Virus record (IMG/VR): IMGVR_UViG_3300045988_174062
Source of the DNA: a virus
DNA: 40,648 bases
Direction: 5' to 3' (one strand)
In this document: positions 39,301-40,648 of the stretch, piece by piece
How the letters are laid out: every line of letters starts with the position of its first letter
How positions within the stretch are numbered: position 1 is the stretch's first letter
Translations under genes and position numbers: made by a program
Notes under the pieces: model-generated
What the model was told of the DNA's origin: nothing
Database searches by the model: none
What the model saw: only the letters and a program-made list of their open reading frames with translations

Positions 39301-39726
39301 TTAATTTACCTCGCTTTTATTATTATATTTTTTATTTCCTTGCTTAAGTTGAACTAATGCATCAACTAATTGCTGTGGAATAGGGAGACCTATAGATGCT
39401 GCATTCTCTAAAATACTAGCGCCTTCATTAGCTGTGTACCAAAAACAAACTAAGCTTCTAAATATAAAGCCATGTCCAATTAATCGATCTATTAGTACAG
39501 CTAATATCATTATGTAAAATATAGTTACTTTTTTATAAATACCTCTAAATCCATATTCACTGCTTAATTGTTTATAAAAATATGCTCTAGTTATTCCAGT
39601 AATATAATCAATAAACATTACGGTAACTAATGTCATTAAAGGTATATCCCATGCTCCAAACAGCCACACAAACACTGTTCCTAATAAAGATATGATATAG
39701 TTAATTTTTTCATTATAAATATTCAT
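39301..39726 (-). CDS. Holin (toxin-secretion / phage-lysis holin family, TcdE-type)
   Basis: 141 aa with three hydrophobic helices. DYITGI...YGFRGIYKKV..F..I..A...D...G...FR....F.Y.ANEG.SILEN is characteristic of this holin family. Confidence 0.8.
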   Translation of the reverse strand: MNIYNEKINYIISLLGTVFVWLFGAWDIPLMTLVTVMFIDYITGITRAYFYKQLSSEYGFRGIYKKVTIFYIMILAVLIDRLIGHGFIFRSLVCFWYTANEGASILENAASIGLPIPQQLVDALVQLKQGNKKYNNKSEVN

Positions 39727-39983
39727 ATAATCCTCCTCTTATCTCATAATTAAAAAATCAAATAATATACAAAAAGTAAACCTAATTTTGTATAAAAAAA
39801 GAACTCTTAAAGTTCCAATGTTATATTATTTATATCTGTAAAGTCTTCTGGGTATAGGGCATATGCAAGAGACTGAATATCTGCTCTTAAAACTGCCTGT
39901 AGCCCATCCTCTAATCTCTTATTTTTAGCTTCTAAAATGTTTCTTTCCTGCAATAAAAAAAGAACCTCTCCTGGTCCTATAAT

Positions 39984-40523
39984 CTATACTTCTGGAATTG
40001 TAGTTGGTATATCATATACTGGCGGATATAATAAATCGAATAACTGATCATACTCTTCTTGAGTTATTCTTGGTCTAGATCCTGTTGCATATTTATTTAA
40101 TATTCTCTCCATATCTTCTTTACTATCATAATTTTCCATTTCTATTATTTGCTTTAATTGATTAAAGTAAGTTGCACTTCTTCCGAACATACTAAATACC
40201 TCCATTAAATTTATTTTGGCTGTTGGATTTATACTTGTTATTAAGTCCTCTAATGCCCATTCTAAATCCATCATACGCATATCATTTTCAACTATAGTTC
40301 TATTTTGGACTTTCTGACTTTCTAATAGAGCCGAATTTTCAGCTTGTAAAATGGATATTTTTTCACCTTGTTCTTTTTGTAATACTTCAATAGGAGGCGA
40401 ATCTGAAAAAATTAAATATTTTTCATTATATAATTCAGCATGTTCTATTAAATACATATCTTTATTTTCTTCTAAAATACTATTTCTCTCATCTTCACTA
40501 TAGTAATTAATTTTTTTAATCAT
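39984..40523 (-). CDS. Hypothetical protein between the tail fibre and the lysis cassette
   Basis: 179-aa ORF. Its AGGAGG RBS lies in the terminal repeat (40530-40535). Confidence 0.6.
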   Translation of the reverse strand: MIKKINYYSEDERNSILEENKDMYLIEHAELYNEKYLIFSDSPPIEVLQKEQGEKISILQAENSALLESQKVQNRTIVENDMRMMDLEWALEDLITSINPTAKINLMEVFSMFGRSATYFNQLKQIIEMENYDSKEDMERILNKYATGSRPRITQEEYDQLFDLLYPPVYDIPTTIPEV

Positions 40524-40529
40524 AACTAA

Positions 40530-40648
40530 CCTCCTTAAAATTTGAATATAAAAAAATCACTCTAAAAAATAAAAAGAGTGATTAAAATAATTTCATTTGT
40601 TTTATAGCATTAGTTTTATCTATCTTTTTTAATAAGTCACTATGGTCA
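40530..40648. repeat. Terminal direct repeat, copy B (identical to 1-119)
   Basis: Same 119-nt string as 1-119. It contains the AGGAGG RBS of the ORF starting at 40523 and the 3' part of the 53..202 ORF. Confidence 0.95.

Noticed and set aside
39807-39953. Possible 48-aa minus-strand ORF (TTG start; LQERNILEAKNKRLEDGLQAVLRADIQSLAYALYPEDFTDINNITLEL) between ORF 39984..40523 and the holin
   Set aside because: It has a non-ATG start with a distant, weak RBS and no recognisable motif. It may be real, since it fills a 257-nt gap, but the sequence alone does not support it.
1-40648. tRNA, rRNA, transposase/IS element and retron/reverse transcriptase genes
   Set aside because: No cloverleaf-compatible GC-rich segments, no rRNA-like sequence, no DDE/transposase-like ORF and no RT motifs were seen in any frame. 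A tRNA scan by software would be needed to exclude tRNAs formally.

Overview
The window is very AT-rich, and its first 119 nt (1-119) are identical to its last 119 nt (40530-40648). It therefore reads as one complete, circularly closed or terminally redundant replicon with a unit length of about 40,529 bp. The gene content is that of a temperate siphovirus-type phage with an HK97-like head and a long non-contractile tail, from a low-GC Firmicute (Clostridium/Clostridioides-like codon usage and gene families).

The minus strand carries one long lytic programme.
- Early genes (26267 down to about 19278): an HUH rolling-circle Rep, a Rha/ORF6C antirepressor-like protein, a Spo0E-like peptide, an NdpA-like nucleoid protein, a VRR-NUC nuclease and an ArpU/RinA-like late regulator.
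- Packaging and structural genes: HNH endonuclease, a GC-rich cos-like island, TerS, TerL, portal, ClpP-type protease, capsid, connectors, major tail, tape measure, Dit and a 1341-aa Tal/fibre.
- Across the circular junction: a holin, an amidase endolysin, a TcdR/UviA-like sigma factor and a signal-less peptidoglycan-binding effector.

The plus strand (26410-36853) carries maintenance and accessory genes.
- An XRE repressor divergent from the early operon.
- A replication initiator that contains its own iterons, preceded by a structured attenuator-type leader.
- A ParM/ParR partition cassette with a TTTTATAAAA centromere array.
- An XRE/ImmA pair, an AbrB-like protein and HTH-only proteins.
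- Three type I toxin-antitoxin-like cassettes (small hydrophobic, Lys-rich peptides with convergent antisense RNAs).
- Several gene remnants.

I found no integrase, tRNA, rRNA, CRISPR array or transposase. Together with the partition and replication genes, this argues for a plasmid-like (phage-plasmid) prophage.

The most interesting signals are (i) the sigma factor, effector, holin and endolysin module with shared GGTTTACA promoter boxes, which is organised like clostridial toxin and bacteriocin loci, and (ii) the triplicated type I TA architecture.

All functional calls come from reading the translated ORFs and DNA motifs by eye. No database search was run.
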